Origin: a virus | Virus record (IMG/VR): IMGVR_UViG_3300000117_000003 | Reading direction: 5' to 3' (one strand) | DNA length: 41,176 nucleotides | Shown: positions 1 through 8,065 of the stretch, piece after piece | How positions within the stretch are numbered: the first letter of the stretch is position 1 | Layout: each line of letters opens with the position of its first letter | Notes under the pieces: generated by a model | Databases searched by the model: none | Told to the model about the DNA's origin: nothing | What the model saw: the letters and a program-made list of their open reading frames with translations, nothing else | Program-made: the position numbers and the translations under genes

Positions 1-670
1 CGAAGTTAAAGCTGATGATAATGAGATCTATGTAGATCAAGTAGGTGCTACAGCAAATATAGATTTAGAACAACTTGGTAGCGGTAACATAATAGGTGGA
101 CTTTTATCAGCACATGGATCTATGACTCCGTTTGATCTCGATGGTGCTACGATGACATTAGATGTAAATTTGATTGGTAACAATAACAAGATGCTTGGCG
201 ATATTAACTCAGATACATTTACAGGTGTATTTGATTTAGATGGTGATACTAACTCTTACACAATACAAGTAGATCCTACGAACACTTATAGTGCTGATAA
301 TGCAAATGTTAATGTAGACGTAGACGGAAGTACAAATACATTTACGCTTGATCTAGCTACTAATAGTTTATCTAGTGGAGCAGATATAGACACAATAGTT
401 CAAGGTTCATCTAACACAGTTAATATTGATCTCGATGTAGACTCAGCGACAAACTATATTGATCTCGATGGAGATTCTAATACTGTAAACTATGATGGAG
501 ACGGATATGCAGGCGGTTATTTCAAGCTTGAACATGATGGTAACTCAAGGTCGTTTACGGTGGATCAACAGTCTACTTTGGATAATGATTGGCTGCGCAT
601 TGTGTCTGACGGAAACAACGGAACGGTATGCGTTAATCAGGATGATCAAGGCACAGCAGTTGGATGTTGA
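1..670 (+). CDS. Curlin-like (CsgA/CsgB-type) repeat protein, 3' part (codons start at nt 2). The 5' part with the signal peptide is 41051..41176 across the circular junction; the full ORF is about 248 aa.
   Basis: The frame is open from nt 2 to TGA 668-670 and continues in frame from ATG 41051 (nt 1-49 = 41128-41176). It holds about eight imperfect ~22-aa units of curlin type (hydrophobic-x-hydrophobic-x-Q/D-x-G-x-x-N-x-hydrophobic-x-hydrophobic): IYVDQVGATANIDLEQLGSGN, FDLDGDTNSYTIQVD, VDVDGSTNTFTLDL, IVQGSSNTVNIDLDV, IDLDGDSNTVNYDG, FTVDQQSTLDN, IVSDGNNGTVCVNQ. It lies immediately downstream of the csgF/csgG homologues. Confidence 0.6.
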   Translation, partial: EVKADDNEIYVDQVGATANIDLEQLGSGNIIGGLLSAHGSMTPFDLDGATMTLDVNLIGNNNKMLGDINSDTFTGVFDLDGDTNSYTIQVDPTNTYSADNANVNVDVDGSTNTFTLDLATNSLSSGADIDTIVQGSSNTVNIDLDVDSATNYIDLDGDSNTVNYDGDGYAGGYFKLEHDGNSRSFTVDQQSTLDNDWLRIVSDGNNGTVCVNQDDQGTAVGC

Positions 671-1688
671 TATAGGAAGTATTACAGAACTCAACGGAAA
701 CACCAGAGTAGTAAGAGATAAACCATACGAAAGTGCTATAGACTTTTCTCTTAATGCTATGGATAAACTTGAAACTGCTAAAGGCAGAATGGGTGTTACG
801 TTTAGAGATGAAACTACAATACGTCTAACAGAACACAGCAATGTTATTATTGATGAGTTTGTGTTTGATCCAAATCCAAGTAAGTCTAGCATGGCTCTTA
901 ACTTTGTTAAGGGTACTGGTAGATTTATATCCAGTAAAAAGAAACGTATACCTAACGATAATATTGTTGTAAGAACACATGCTGCTACCATTGGAATAAG
1001 AGGTACAGACTTTACAATAACTGTAAAAGAAACTGGAGAAGCTCTCGTAATACTTTTACCTGATGAGTTTGGAGATGCTAGTGGAGAGATAACAGTTAAT
1101 ACTGCATTAGGTCAAGTCATATTAAATAGACCTTATGAAGCTACAACTGTTTATAACTTTGAGACAGCTCCAACACCAGCAGTAATATTAGATTTAACTT
1201 TAGACATGATTGATAACATGTTAATTGTCAATCCTCCAGAAACTATCCAACAAGAAACTGAAGAATCTAATGCAGTAGCAGACAATATTCTTGATGTCGA
1301 TTTCTTAGAGTTTAGTGAGCTAGAAGAAGATGGATTAGCTGAAGATGAACTTGAATATACTGAGTTAGATATAGATTATCTTGCTGCTAATTTTCTTGAG
1401 GATCTTTTAGACATTATTCAAGAAGTAGATGAGTTATCTAAAGCAGACAAAGCACTGTCAGCCGATGGTATCAAAGGTACTGCTATTGGTTATGATAGCG
1501 ACACTCAAATAAATACATTTGTAAACGATAGTGAAGTTAAGTTTATTAGACAAGTAGAAGATAACTTACAAATGCAAGTATCTAAAGATGGCTCTTATAA
1601 CATCCGTATAGATCAAAGTGGAAAAGTAAATCAGGTAACAACGAATGGCGGTAGTTCATCTACCATAACAATCAAACAAGGTAGCTAA
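492..1688 (+). CDS. FecR-domain (LipL45-like) protein, probably exported or a lipoprotein; likely start at 534/537
   Basis: FecR-type pattern: GRMGVTFRDETTIRLTEHSNVIIDEF...ALNFVKGTGRFIS...VVRTHAATIGIRGTDFTITV...ALVILLPD...GEITV. An acidic linker follows, and the C-terminus YNIRIDQSGKVNQVTTNGGSSSTITIKQ resembles a curlin unit. Mets at 534/537 give MMVTQGRLRWINSLLWIMIGC, which looks like a signal peptide plus lipobox. Downstream of these, the only candidate starts before the FecR domain (which begins ~672) are ATG 642 and TTG 660, neither of which gives an export signal. Confidence 0.6.
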   Translation: MMETDMQAVISSLNMMVTQGRLRWINSLLWIMIGCALCLTETTERYALIRMIKAQQLDVDIGSITELNGNTRVVRDKPYESAIDFSLNAMDKLETAKGRMGVTFRDETTIRLTEHSNVIIDEFVFDPNPSKSSMALNFVKGTGRFISSKKKRIPNDNIVVRTHAATIGIRGTDFTITVKETGEALVILLPDEFGDASGEITVNTALGQVILNRPYEATTVYNFETAPTPAVILDLTLDMIDNMLIVNPPETIQQETEESNAVADNILDVDFLEFSELEEDGLAEDELEYTELDIDYLAANFLEDLLDIIQEVDELSKADKALSADGIKGTAIGYDSDTQINTFVNDSEVKFIRQVEDNLQMQVSKDGSYNIRIDQSGKVNQVTTNGGSSSTITIKQGS

Positions 1689-1691
1689 ACA

Positions 1692-2177
1692 ATGAAATTA
1701 AAATTCTCAAAGATTAAAAACCTAATAGGAGCTGTAGCACCAACAATCGGTACAGCATTAGGTGGAAGTATGGGTGGTACAGCAGCTAAAATGGTAGCTG
1801 AAGTTTTAGGCTGTGAACCAGAGCCAAAGAAACTTGAAGCAGCAGTACAAAATGCAACACCAGAACAATTAGCAGAACTAAAGAAAATAGATAAAGACTT
1901 TGAAATAAAAATGAAAGAATTAGATGTCGATTTATATGCTTTAGAAACTGCTGATATCCAAGATGCTAGAGATTCATTTAGAGAAGATTGGACTCCAAAA
2001 TTATTCGGAATGGTTTCATTATTAGCATTTGTTGGATATATTTTTACAGTCACAATTATGCCTCCTGATCAAAATTCAGACACAATAGTCAGTCTTGTAC
2101 TAGGTTACCTTGGCGGTCTAGTGTCAGGGATATCTAGCTTTTATTTTGGAGCATCAAATAAAGAAGAAAAACAATAG
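1692..2177 (+). CDS. Holin-like membrane protein (resembles the 3-TM GTA-type holin family)
   Basis: Gly/Ala-rich N-terminus, a coiled segment (TPEQLAELKKIDKDFEIKMKELDVD...ADIQDARDSF), then W-x-P followed by hydrophobic helices (LFGMVSLLAFVGYIFTV, IVSLVLGYLGGLVSGISSFYFG). This layout is typical of that holin family. It is the last gene before attP. Confidence 0.5.
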   Translation: MKLKFSKIKNLIGAVAPTIGTALGGSMGGTAAKMVAEVLGCEPEPKKLEAAVQNATPEQLAELKKIDKDFEIKMKELDVDLYALETADIQDARDSFREDWTPKLFGMVSLLAFVGYIFTVTIMPPDQNSDTIVSLVLGYLGGLVSGISSFYFGASNKEEKQ

Positions 2178-2338
2178 GTTACAAAACATATATAACAAAT
2201 TAAATAGTCAAATATTTAGTCTTGTAACCCTTTAAAAACAAAAGAAAACACCAGCAATTCAATCTTAAATTTATAAAAATAAGTTAGTTGTATCGGTGTT
2301 TTTTCAAGATTAGTTTTGGTGATCTTAATACAAAAGAT

Positions 2339-2366
2339 TTGACATGTGTCGAAAAAAATGTAATCT
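2339..2366 (+). promoter_or_regulatory. Candidate sigma70-type promoter reading toward attP and int
   Basis: TTGACA (2339-2344), a 16-nt spacer, then TAATCT (2361-2366) with TG immediately upstream. It lies in a 420-bp intergenic region. Confidence 0.3.
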
Positions 2367-2420
2367 AGTAACCCTAGACATACAGAAAGCGTTCAAGCTT
2401 TTCTATAAAAACAGACCAAT

Positions 2421-2465
2421 AGATTCCTAATCTTGGGGTCAGAGGTTCGAATCCTCTTCGGGGTA
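2421..2465 (+). other. attP core candidate: 3' half of a tRNA gene (anticodon loop TTCCTAA would be Arg-CCU), not a complete tRNA
   Basis: Reading 5'->3': anticodon-loop-like TTCCTAA (2424-2430), variable GGGTC, T-arm AGAGG-TTCGAAT-CCTCT (2441-2457), acceptor 3' strand TCGGGGT (2458-2464), discriminator A. No complementary 5' acceptor strand (ACCCCGA) and no D-arm lie upstream. It sits 134 bp upstream of a tyrosine integrase. Confidence 0.7.
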
Positions 2466-2539
2466 CTCCCATTTTTATAGGTAAAAGGTTGCAAGATTTT
2501 TTCCGCTTTTTACATGTAATAAATAGGGAGAGATAAAAA

Positions 2540-2602
2540 ATGAAGCAAAAACAGTTATGGCGACCTTCTAGGATCACACACAATGGAGGAGACCTAAAAT
2601 GA
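2540..2602 (+). CDS. Possible 20-aa leader ORF translationally coupled to int
   Basis: ATG 2540 is preceded by GGGAGAGA. Its stop TGA (2600-2602) overlaps the int ATG (2599-2601) as ATGA. It is too short to judge. Confidence 0.15.
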   Translation: MKQKQLWRPSRITHNGGDLK

Positions 2603-3501
2603 AAATGAAAGAATTTTACGATAAACATAAAGAAATGCTATGGAATGAGTCATGTGAGCAACATAGAGTAGAAAACATAAGGAAGATCAAAAAGTTTTTT
2701 ACTTATGAAGACATAGCATCGAGAGATATTGATGATGTAAAAGAAGTGGATGTGGATCTTTTCATAAACCACTTACACAAAGTTGAAGGATTAGCAAAGT
2801 CTACCTGTAACCGCTACATTGCTGCTATCTCAGGATTCTTTAAACTGGCAGTTAAGTATCGTTATATTAAAGACAATCTAAAGATTAAACAGACAAAAGA
2901 AATACTGTCTCGCCCACGTTATTTTACTGAGGAAGAAATAACAAAAGTAAATGAAATATTAGACAACAGCCGTCATCCGTGGGTAAAACATTTCTTTACG
3001 CTTGGTCTAATGACAGGTATGCGAAAAGGCGAAATATTATCTATAGGTTTAGATAAAGAAGAATGTAAGAAACAAGGTAAAACTTATGGTGTTATATCTA
3101 AAGATCGCAAGATAGTACATCTACATCAAACTAAAAACGGACATGATAGGATTGTTCCTTTGAACGATGATGCTAACAACGCATTACTCGCATTGAACGA
3201 CAAACCAAGTTCGTTTTATACCCAAAAGAGTTTTTATAACACTTGGCAAAAAGCTAAGAAATGTGTTGTCGGTAATGACAATAACTTTGTGTTCCATGTT
3301 ACACGGCATACTTGTGCTACAACTTTAGCTAATGATCATGGTGTACCTACAGTCTTGATTGCCGAGATATTAGGGCATAGATCAATGGATACAACTAAAA
3401 GATATGTTCACGGTAAAGAAAAAAACTTATCGGCAATAATGAATCAATTAACAGGAATTTCAAACAATAGAAGAGAGAAAGGTAATGCGATTAATCAATG
3501 A
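2599..3501 (+). CDS. int: Tyrosine recombinase / phage integrase
   Basis: Catalytic signature: TGMRKGEIL (Arg I), HVTRHTCATTLA (H-x-x-R box) and GHRSMDTTKRYVH (His plus Tyr nucleophile). There is an N-terminal SAM-like core-binding region. It is adjacent to the tRNA-like attP. Confidence 0.93.
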   Translation: MKMKEFYDKHKEMLWNESCEQHRVENIRKIKKFFTYEDIASRDIDDVKEVDVDLFINHLHKVEGLAKSTCNRYIAAISGFFKLAVKYRYIKDNLKIKQTKEILSRPRYFTEEEITKVNEILDNSRHPWVKHFFTLGLMTGMRKGEILSIGLDKEECKKQGKTYGVISKDRKIVHLHQTKNGHDRIVPLNDDANNALLALNDKPSSFYTQKSFYNTWQKAKKCVVGNDNNFVFHVTRHTCATTLANDHGVPTVLIAEILGHRSMDTTKRYVHGKEKNLSAIMNQLTGISNNRREKGNAINQ

Positions 3502-3955
3502 AAAAGAACAAATCTTGATTATGACAAGTAATCATGATATAAAAAAAGAACATTCTAAAGGGAGAGGTAAAGAAGATATGTTCAAACATAAGCAAGCGTA
3601 TCGTCTACAAATGTTACGAAGGAAACATGGGTTAACTACAAGGAAACTTGCAGAAAAATTAGGTGTTTCAAACGGTATTGTTAGTAGATGGTGTAGGGGA
3701 GATGCATATCCGACAAGAAAGCATGTCAGAGTGATCTGTGAATATTTTAAAGTTGAGCCTGCATGGTTAATATACGGTATTGACGACAAGCCACAAGAAA
3801 ACGATTTAAGTTTTGTATACGACAGTCTCAATGATAAAAATAAAGATAGTTTACTAGATATTGCTAGAGCGTTATTAAATGCACAAATAAACTACAATAA
3901 AACAGGGATAGACGAGGAGGTGAGTAATGGGACTAATGGTGACAGGGAAGGATAG
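3485..3955 (+). CDS. XRE/CI-like helix-turn-helix regulator (alternative start 3578)
   Basis: HTH motif: LTTRKLAEKLGVSNGIVSRWCRGDAYPTRKHVRVICEYFKVEPAWLIYG. ATG 3578 is preceded by GGGAGAGG. The gene lies next to int. Confidence 0.7.
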   Translation: MRLINEKEQILIMTSNHDIKKEHSKGRGKEDMFKHKQAYRLQMLRRKHGLTTRKLAEKLGVSNGIVSRWCRGDAYPTRKHVRVICEYFKVEPAWLIYGIDDKPQENDLSFVYDSLNDKNKDSLLDIARALLNAQINYNKTGIDEEVSNGTNGDREG

Positions 3956-4556
3956 GTGTAGGGAGAAAATTAAAGATGCTCAAAAGTATTTTGTAAAAAT
4001 AGTAAGTGAGTTTATTTATAACGATGAACCTGTCTTTGCCGTGAATAAAAAAAGAGAGATAAGATTATCAGGTAACACAAAGAGACATATAGGTAAGCTG
4101 AACCAAGATCAAAAGAAATGGCTGAAAGATGTATTTGACGATGAGCTTGATATTGTAGTGCAAGATTGGATTAAAACAAGAGCGTCTTATAATGAAGATC
4201 TCGAACACCCATCAGCTCAATTGAAAAACTTTTTAGCATGGCAGAAAGTGGGTATCTTGTACCTCTACATAATTGATGGTAAAGAATCTTATCTTGATGT
4301 TGTCCCTCATGAACATGTGGAATCATTTGTATATTGGGCTAAACTGGCAACTCGTTTTATGGACTGTAGGTATTACCCAAGAGTAAAGCATTATTTCAAT
4401 GATGACACTAATGAAAGGTACGTCAAATCACCGAATAACAAAGATATTCTGGACGATTTAGAGATTGCTATTGGCGATTATGGCGATGGTTCTGGATTTC
4501 CACGTTATGTGAACTACCACAACAGCATAGTTACGACAAAAGCAACAATAGAATGA
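3927..4556 (+). CDS. Hypothetical protein
   Basis: 209-codon ORF with GAGGAGG 6 nt upstream of the ATG. No motif recognised. Confidence 0.65.
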   Translation: MGLMVTGKDRCREKIKDAQKYFVKIVSEFIYNDEPVFAVNKKREIRLSGNTKRHIGKLNQDQKKWLKDVFDDELDIVVQDWIKTRASYNEDLEHPSAQLKNFLAWQKVGILYLYIIDGKESYLDVVPHEHVESFVYWAKLATRFMDCRYYPRVKHYFNDDTNERYVKSPNNKDILDDLEIAIGDYGDGSGFPRYVNYHNSIVTTKATIE

Positions 4557-4686
4557 TACCTTACATGTTATAACGTATAGTCGTTCACCTACTTATGAAT
4601 ACATAGGTGTTCGGCTTTTTTGTGCCTGTAACGGACATTTTTAGTAACCAAATATTAATTATGGTGATCCTTTAGGAGGGGAATCT

Positions 4687-7317
4687 ATGGAGAACATTAT
4701 GAAAAAAAGTAATGTGATTGATGAAGTTTTGAGAGAAAGAAAGATGCTTGAAAGAGGTAAAGACAGGTATCTTAAGAGATACTTAGGAGACGATGGGCAA
4801 TTAGACAAAAGAAGGTCTAGTCATAATAACCCTCATAATATAATTAAAGGAGCTTTGTCTAAAGTATCTAAAGATATCCAAGAAAGCATAGAAAAAGAGA
4901 AAACTAAAGAAGGTGGTAGACCGTCAAGATGGTATTCAGAGATGAAGGATTTGGATGTCGATATCTTAGCTTACTTAGGTTTAGTTACATGTTTTGAAGC
5001 TGTAACTCAAAGTCTTTCCCATACTTCATGTATTGTTAAGATAGCTGAAAGAGTAGAAAGAGAAATATGGTCTAAAGAATTAAGAGATTTTGATAACAAC
5101 TTACCTAAAGAAGATAGATTTCTAAAAGGTGTTGTCGATAAAGTAACTAAAGAACACTCATCAGAAAAATACAGAAAGAACGCTTTGAGTGCTATAGCTA
5201 GGAAAAAAGGATTTAAATCTAAGTTTAAAGAAAGATGGAAAGGTAAAGATAAGATACCTTTTGCTGAACCTGTAATCAATGCTGTCTTACGAACATCAGG
5301 TGTCTTTGAGATATGGGAAAAGTCTATACCTAAGAAGACACATAAGATGGTCGGGTTAACTTATGAAGCAAGACAGATGCTAGATAAGATGGATTTCGAT
5401 TCTATGTGGAACGAACCCATGTTAGCACCTATAACTTATAAACCTATTGCATGGGAATCTATAGATACTGGTTGTTATAAAGATGATGTAGTAGCTAGTT
5501 TTGTACCTTTAGTCAGAGCTGCAAATTCACAACAAAGACAAGCGATAAGACATCAGTTAAAACTTAAGAAACTAGCAGGTGAAACTCCAGATTACATCAA
5601 AGCCCTTAATGCTATCCAAGATACCCCTCTTACGATTAATACATTCATGTTAGAGGTCGTAAACTTTTGTTGGGAGTCAGGAGAGCTTGTCGATAAATTC
5701 CCAAGAAAGGAATACTACGAATACCCTGATAGACCTGAGAACTATGATGAGTTATCAGATGAAGAAAAGAAAGGGTGGCGATTGAAGTGTAAAGAACGCA
5801 TGATTAAAAACAGAGAAGTAGATGGTGCTAGGGCAGTATTTGATCAAGACATTCGTACTGCTAGAGAACTAAGCGAATACGAGGAGTTCTATTTACCGTG
5901 GAATCTATGTTTTCGTGGTCGTTGCTACCCTGTACCATTTTTTAATTACCATCGTGACTCACATGTTAAATCATTATTTTTATTTAGAAACAAACAGAAA
6001 GTAACTAGCGATGGGTTTAACTGGCTGTGCATCCATATAGCAAACGTAGGTGACTTTGCTCGTATATCAAAAGCATCATTAGATGACAGGTTAAAATGGA
6101 CTGTAGATAACCAAGAGATGATCTATGATTGTGGTCGAGATTTTATTACCAACATAGATAAATGGAAATCTGCTGATAAACCATTTGAGTTTCTAGCGGC
6201 TTGTCATGAGTTCGCTAATATTATTGATGATGAAGATTATGAATGTGGTCTACCTATAGCGATTGATGGTAGCTGTAGTGGAGTCCAACATTATAGTGCT
6301 GCTTCATTATCGGATACTGATGGTGCTATGGTCAACTTAACTAAGACAGACAAACCTCAAGATGTTTACCAGAATGTAGCTGATAGAGTAGTGGAAAAAC
6401 TTAAGAAGATTAAAGATGGAATTGACATTGATCAGACTATTTTATCTTTGTTCCCTAATTATGAAGGTAAACTAAATTCTACAGCATACAGAGAACGTAA
6501 GAAGACATTTCCACAGTTAGCTCAATTGTGGTTAGAGTACGGAGTCAGTAGGTCTACTGTAAAAAGAAACTGTATGACTTATGGGTATTCAAGTAAGAAG
6601 TATGGATTCTCAGACCAACTCTTTGATGACTTTATGAAACCACTAAAAGATAAAGTTATGAGAGGTGAAATCAACAAACATCCATTCCAAGATGTAGAAA
6701 GAAAAGCCACTTCATTTTTAGCCGCGATAAATTACCAAACCATAGAAGAAGTTATATCGAGTGTTGCAGGTGGTATGAAGTTTTTTCAGTCTACTGTAGA
6801 TGCTTTGACTGCTGAAAATAAATCTATGCGTTGGGAAACACCCATTGGTTTTCCTGTAGTACAAAAGTATACCCATTGGAACGCTAAGAAAGTCAGGATC
6901 TTCTTATACGATAGAGTGGCTATGGTAGAGAAAAGAAGTCAAATAACTGTGAGAGAGCGTGATGAAACTAAGATTGATAGGAAAAAATCAAGATCAGGTA
7001 TATCACCTAATGTAATTCACTCTATGGATGCTTCTCATCTCATGTCTACAGTTCTCTATTGTAAGAAAGAGGGTATCAATGATTTCTTTGTTATACATGA
7101 TTCATTTGCTACTACAATCAATGATACTTCAAGACTCTATGGTTGTGTCCGTGAGGCATTCATAGACATGTATAAAGACTGGTGTATGTATGCTGATATA
7201 CAGGATCAGATACGACAGCAGTTAAATAACCCGAACACAAACAAACTAAAAGAAATACCAAAGAAAGGCAAACTTAATCTGGAGGATATCAGAGAGAGTG
7301 CTTACTGTTTTTCATGA
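4687..7317 (+). CDS. T7-like single-subunit DNA-dependent RNA polymerase
   Basis: Motif A DGSCSGVQHYSA (T7 DGSCSGIQHFSA), motif B RSTVKRNCMTYGYSS, motif C IHDSFAT (T7 VHDSFGT), and an aromatic C-terminal foot YCFS. The SD is TAGGAGGGG. Confidence 0.97.
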   Translation: MENIMKKSNVIDEVLRERKMLERGKDRYLKRYLGDDGQLDKRRSSHNNPHNIIKGALSKVSKDIQESIEKEKTKEGGRPSRWYSEMKDLDVDILAYLGLVTCFEAVTQSLSHTSCIVKIAERVEREIWSKELRDFDNNLPKEDRFLKGVVDKVTKEHSSEKYRKNALSAIARKKGFKSKFKERWKGKDKIPFAEPVINAVLRTSGVFEIWEKSIPKKTHKMVGLTYEARQMLDKMDFDSMWNEPMLAPITYKPIAWESIDTGCYKDDVVASFVPLVRAANSQQRQAIRHQLKLKKLAGETPDYIKALNAIQDTPLTINTFMLEVVNFCWESGELVDKFPRKEYYEYPDRPENYDELSDEEKKGWRLKCKERMIKNREVDGARAVFDQDIRTARELSEYEEFYLPWNLCFRGRCYPVPFFNYHRDSHVKSLFLFRNKQKVTSDGFNWLCIHIANVGDFARISKASLDDRLKWTVDNQEMIYDCGRDFITNIDKWKSADKPFEFLAACHEFANIIDDEDYECGLPIAIDGSCSGVQHYSAASLSDTDGAMVNLTKTDKPQDVYQNVADRVVEKLKKIKDGIDIDQTILSLFPNYEGKLNSTAYRERKKTFPQLAQLWLEYGVSRSTVKRNCMTYGYSSKKYGFSDQLFDDFMKPLKDKVMRGEINKHPFQDVERKATSFLAAINYQTIEEVISSVAGGMKFFQSTVDALTAENKSMRWETPIGFPVVQKYTHWNAKKVRIFLYDRVAMVEKRSQITVRERDETKIDRKKSRSGISPNVIHSMDASHLMSTVLYCKKEGINDFFVIHDSFATTINDTSRLYGCVREAFIDMYKDWCMYADIQDQIRQQLNNPNTNKLKEIPKKGKLNLEDIRESAYCFS

Positions 7318-7532
7318 GTGTAATGGTCACTTTCAGTAAACAAAACTATAAAAAAGGAATAAAAATGCACCCAAGAGAAGCAATTTTGGGACTAGCTCAG
7401 AATTTGATGTCTAAAGGTAAAAAGCTACCGAAAGATTTACTAAAGGAAGCAGAGCGTTTAGGTATCAATTTACCGCAGGAAAACAATGTTAAAACTAAAG
7501 GAGTAAATAAAGATGGCTCAAAAGAGAGTTAA
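7314..7532 (+). CDS. Small basic hypothetical protein (alternative start 7365)
   Basis: ATGA overlap with the RNAP stop. The internal ATG 7365 has an AAGGA SD. No motif recognised. Confidence 0.5.
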   Translation: MSVMVTFSKQNYKKGIKMHPREAILGLAQNLMSKGKKLPKDLLKEAERLGINLPQENNVKTKGVNKDGSKES

Positions 7533-8064
7533 GTTCGTAACCTCAACTGGTAGGTGTCAGTATCCGTATTTGACAAAACCTGATGTTCAGTTCAATCCAG
7601 AAGGAGTCTACAAAGTAAATCTAATTGTAGATGACTGTAAAGATCTTCTTGATACATGCAAACAGCTTGCCGAAGAAGAATTTGGAAAGAAAGGAAAGTA
7701 TCGTCTACCTATTTCTGTAGATGAAGATTCTGGTGAACACATCATCAAGATCAAATCTAAGTATGCACCTAAATTCTTTGACTCTAATGGTCAAATGCTT
7801 GCAGGTAAACAAGTACCTGATTTATGGGGAGGATCAATAGTCCGTATTGGTGGGACTATAAACCCATATACAGTAAGCGGTCAGAAAGGTATCACACTAC
7901 AACTGAATAAAGTACAGGTCATTGAACCTGTAGATGCAAGCACTTCACAAGATAGTGAAGGATTCGATTCTGTAGAAGGTGGATTCGTGGCTAGTGAAGC
8001 AACTGTAGAGGATACATTCGATGACAAAGAAGAAGAAACCAAAGACACGGCAGACCGCTTCTAA
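7513..8064 (+). CDS. T7 gp2.5-like single-stranded DNA-binding protein
   Basis: The size, the position between RNAP and endonuclease I, and an acidic C-terminal tail ending in an aromatic residue (DDKEEETKDTADRF) match gp2.5-type SSBs. Confidence 0.7.
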   Translation: MAQKRVKFVTSTGRCQYPYLTKPDVQFNPEGVYKVNLIVDDCKDLLDTCKQLAEEEFGKKGKYRLPISVDEDSGEHIIKIKSKYAPKFFDSNGQMLAGKQVPDLWGGSIVRIGGTINPYTVSGQKGITLQLNKVQVIEPVDASTSQDSEGFDSVEGGFVASEATVEDTFDDKEEETKDTADRF

Positions 8065-8065
8065 G

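Noticed and set aside
545-991. Minus-strand ORF-track entries lying inside longer plus-strand genes: 545..991, 1685..2053, 3532..3831, 5007..5279, 8170..8361, 9067..9249, 13917..14165, 14278..14478, 18801..19130, 20489..20680, 20853..21035, 21608..21811, 21989..22228, 23380..23901, 24067..24330, 24469..24894, 26220..26537, 27151..27393, 28559..28765, 29953..30204, 30669..31031, 31470..31694, 32408..32725, 34549..34749, 35173..35376, 37831..38046, 38105..38293, 39164..39352, 39373..39681, 40518..40799. Also the plus-strand ORFs 15274..15522, 15731..15952 and 17127..17411, which lie antisense to the leftward genes.
   Set aside because: Each is fully embedded antisense to an ORF with motif or positional support. 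They lack SD sequences and have low-complexity, Ser/Leu/Cys-rich compositions typical of shadow frames.
2400-2470. Complete tRNA gene
   Set aside because: Only the anticodon-loop-to-acceptor 3' half can be folded. The 5' acceptor strand complementary to TCGGGGT, the D-arm, and a pairing 5' anticodon stem are all absent. It is treated as an attP core instead.
2374-2628. 84-aa minus-strand ORF covering the attP region
   Set aside because: It overlaps the tRNA-like segment and the int start, has no SD, and its sequence is better explained as non-coding attP/promoter DNA.
4557-4575. Shared TACCTTA(CA)TGTTAT motif at 4557 and 10756 as a possible promoter or regulatory box
   Set aside because: There are only two imperfect copies in AT-rich DNA and no third copy at other operon starts, which is insufficient.
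4821-4850. T3-like TAACCCT specificity motif: ATAATAACCCTCATAATATAATTAAAGGAG inside the RNAP gene. ATTAACCCTAGTCATTACAAAA also occurs at 14262 inside the DUF3310-like gene.
   Set aside because: Both lie within coding sequence. The second is dictated by the conserved INPSHYK peptide, so it is probably coincidental. The two intergenic GTAACCCT copies (2224, 2368) lie upstream of the RNAP gene and fit integrase arm sites better.
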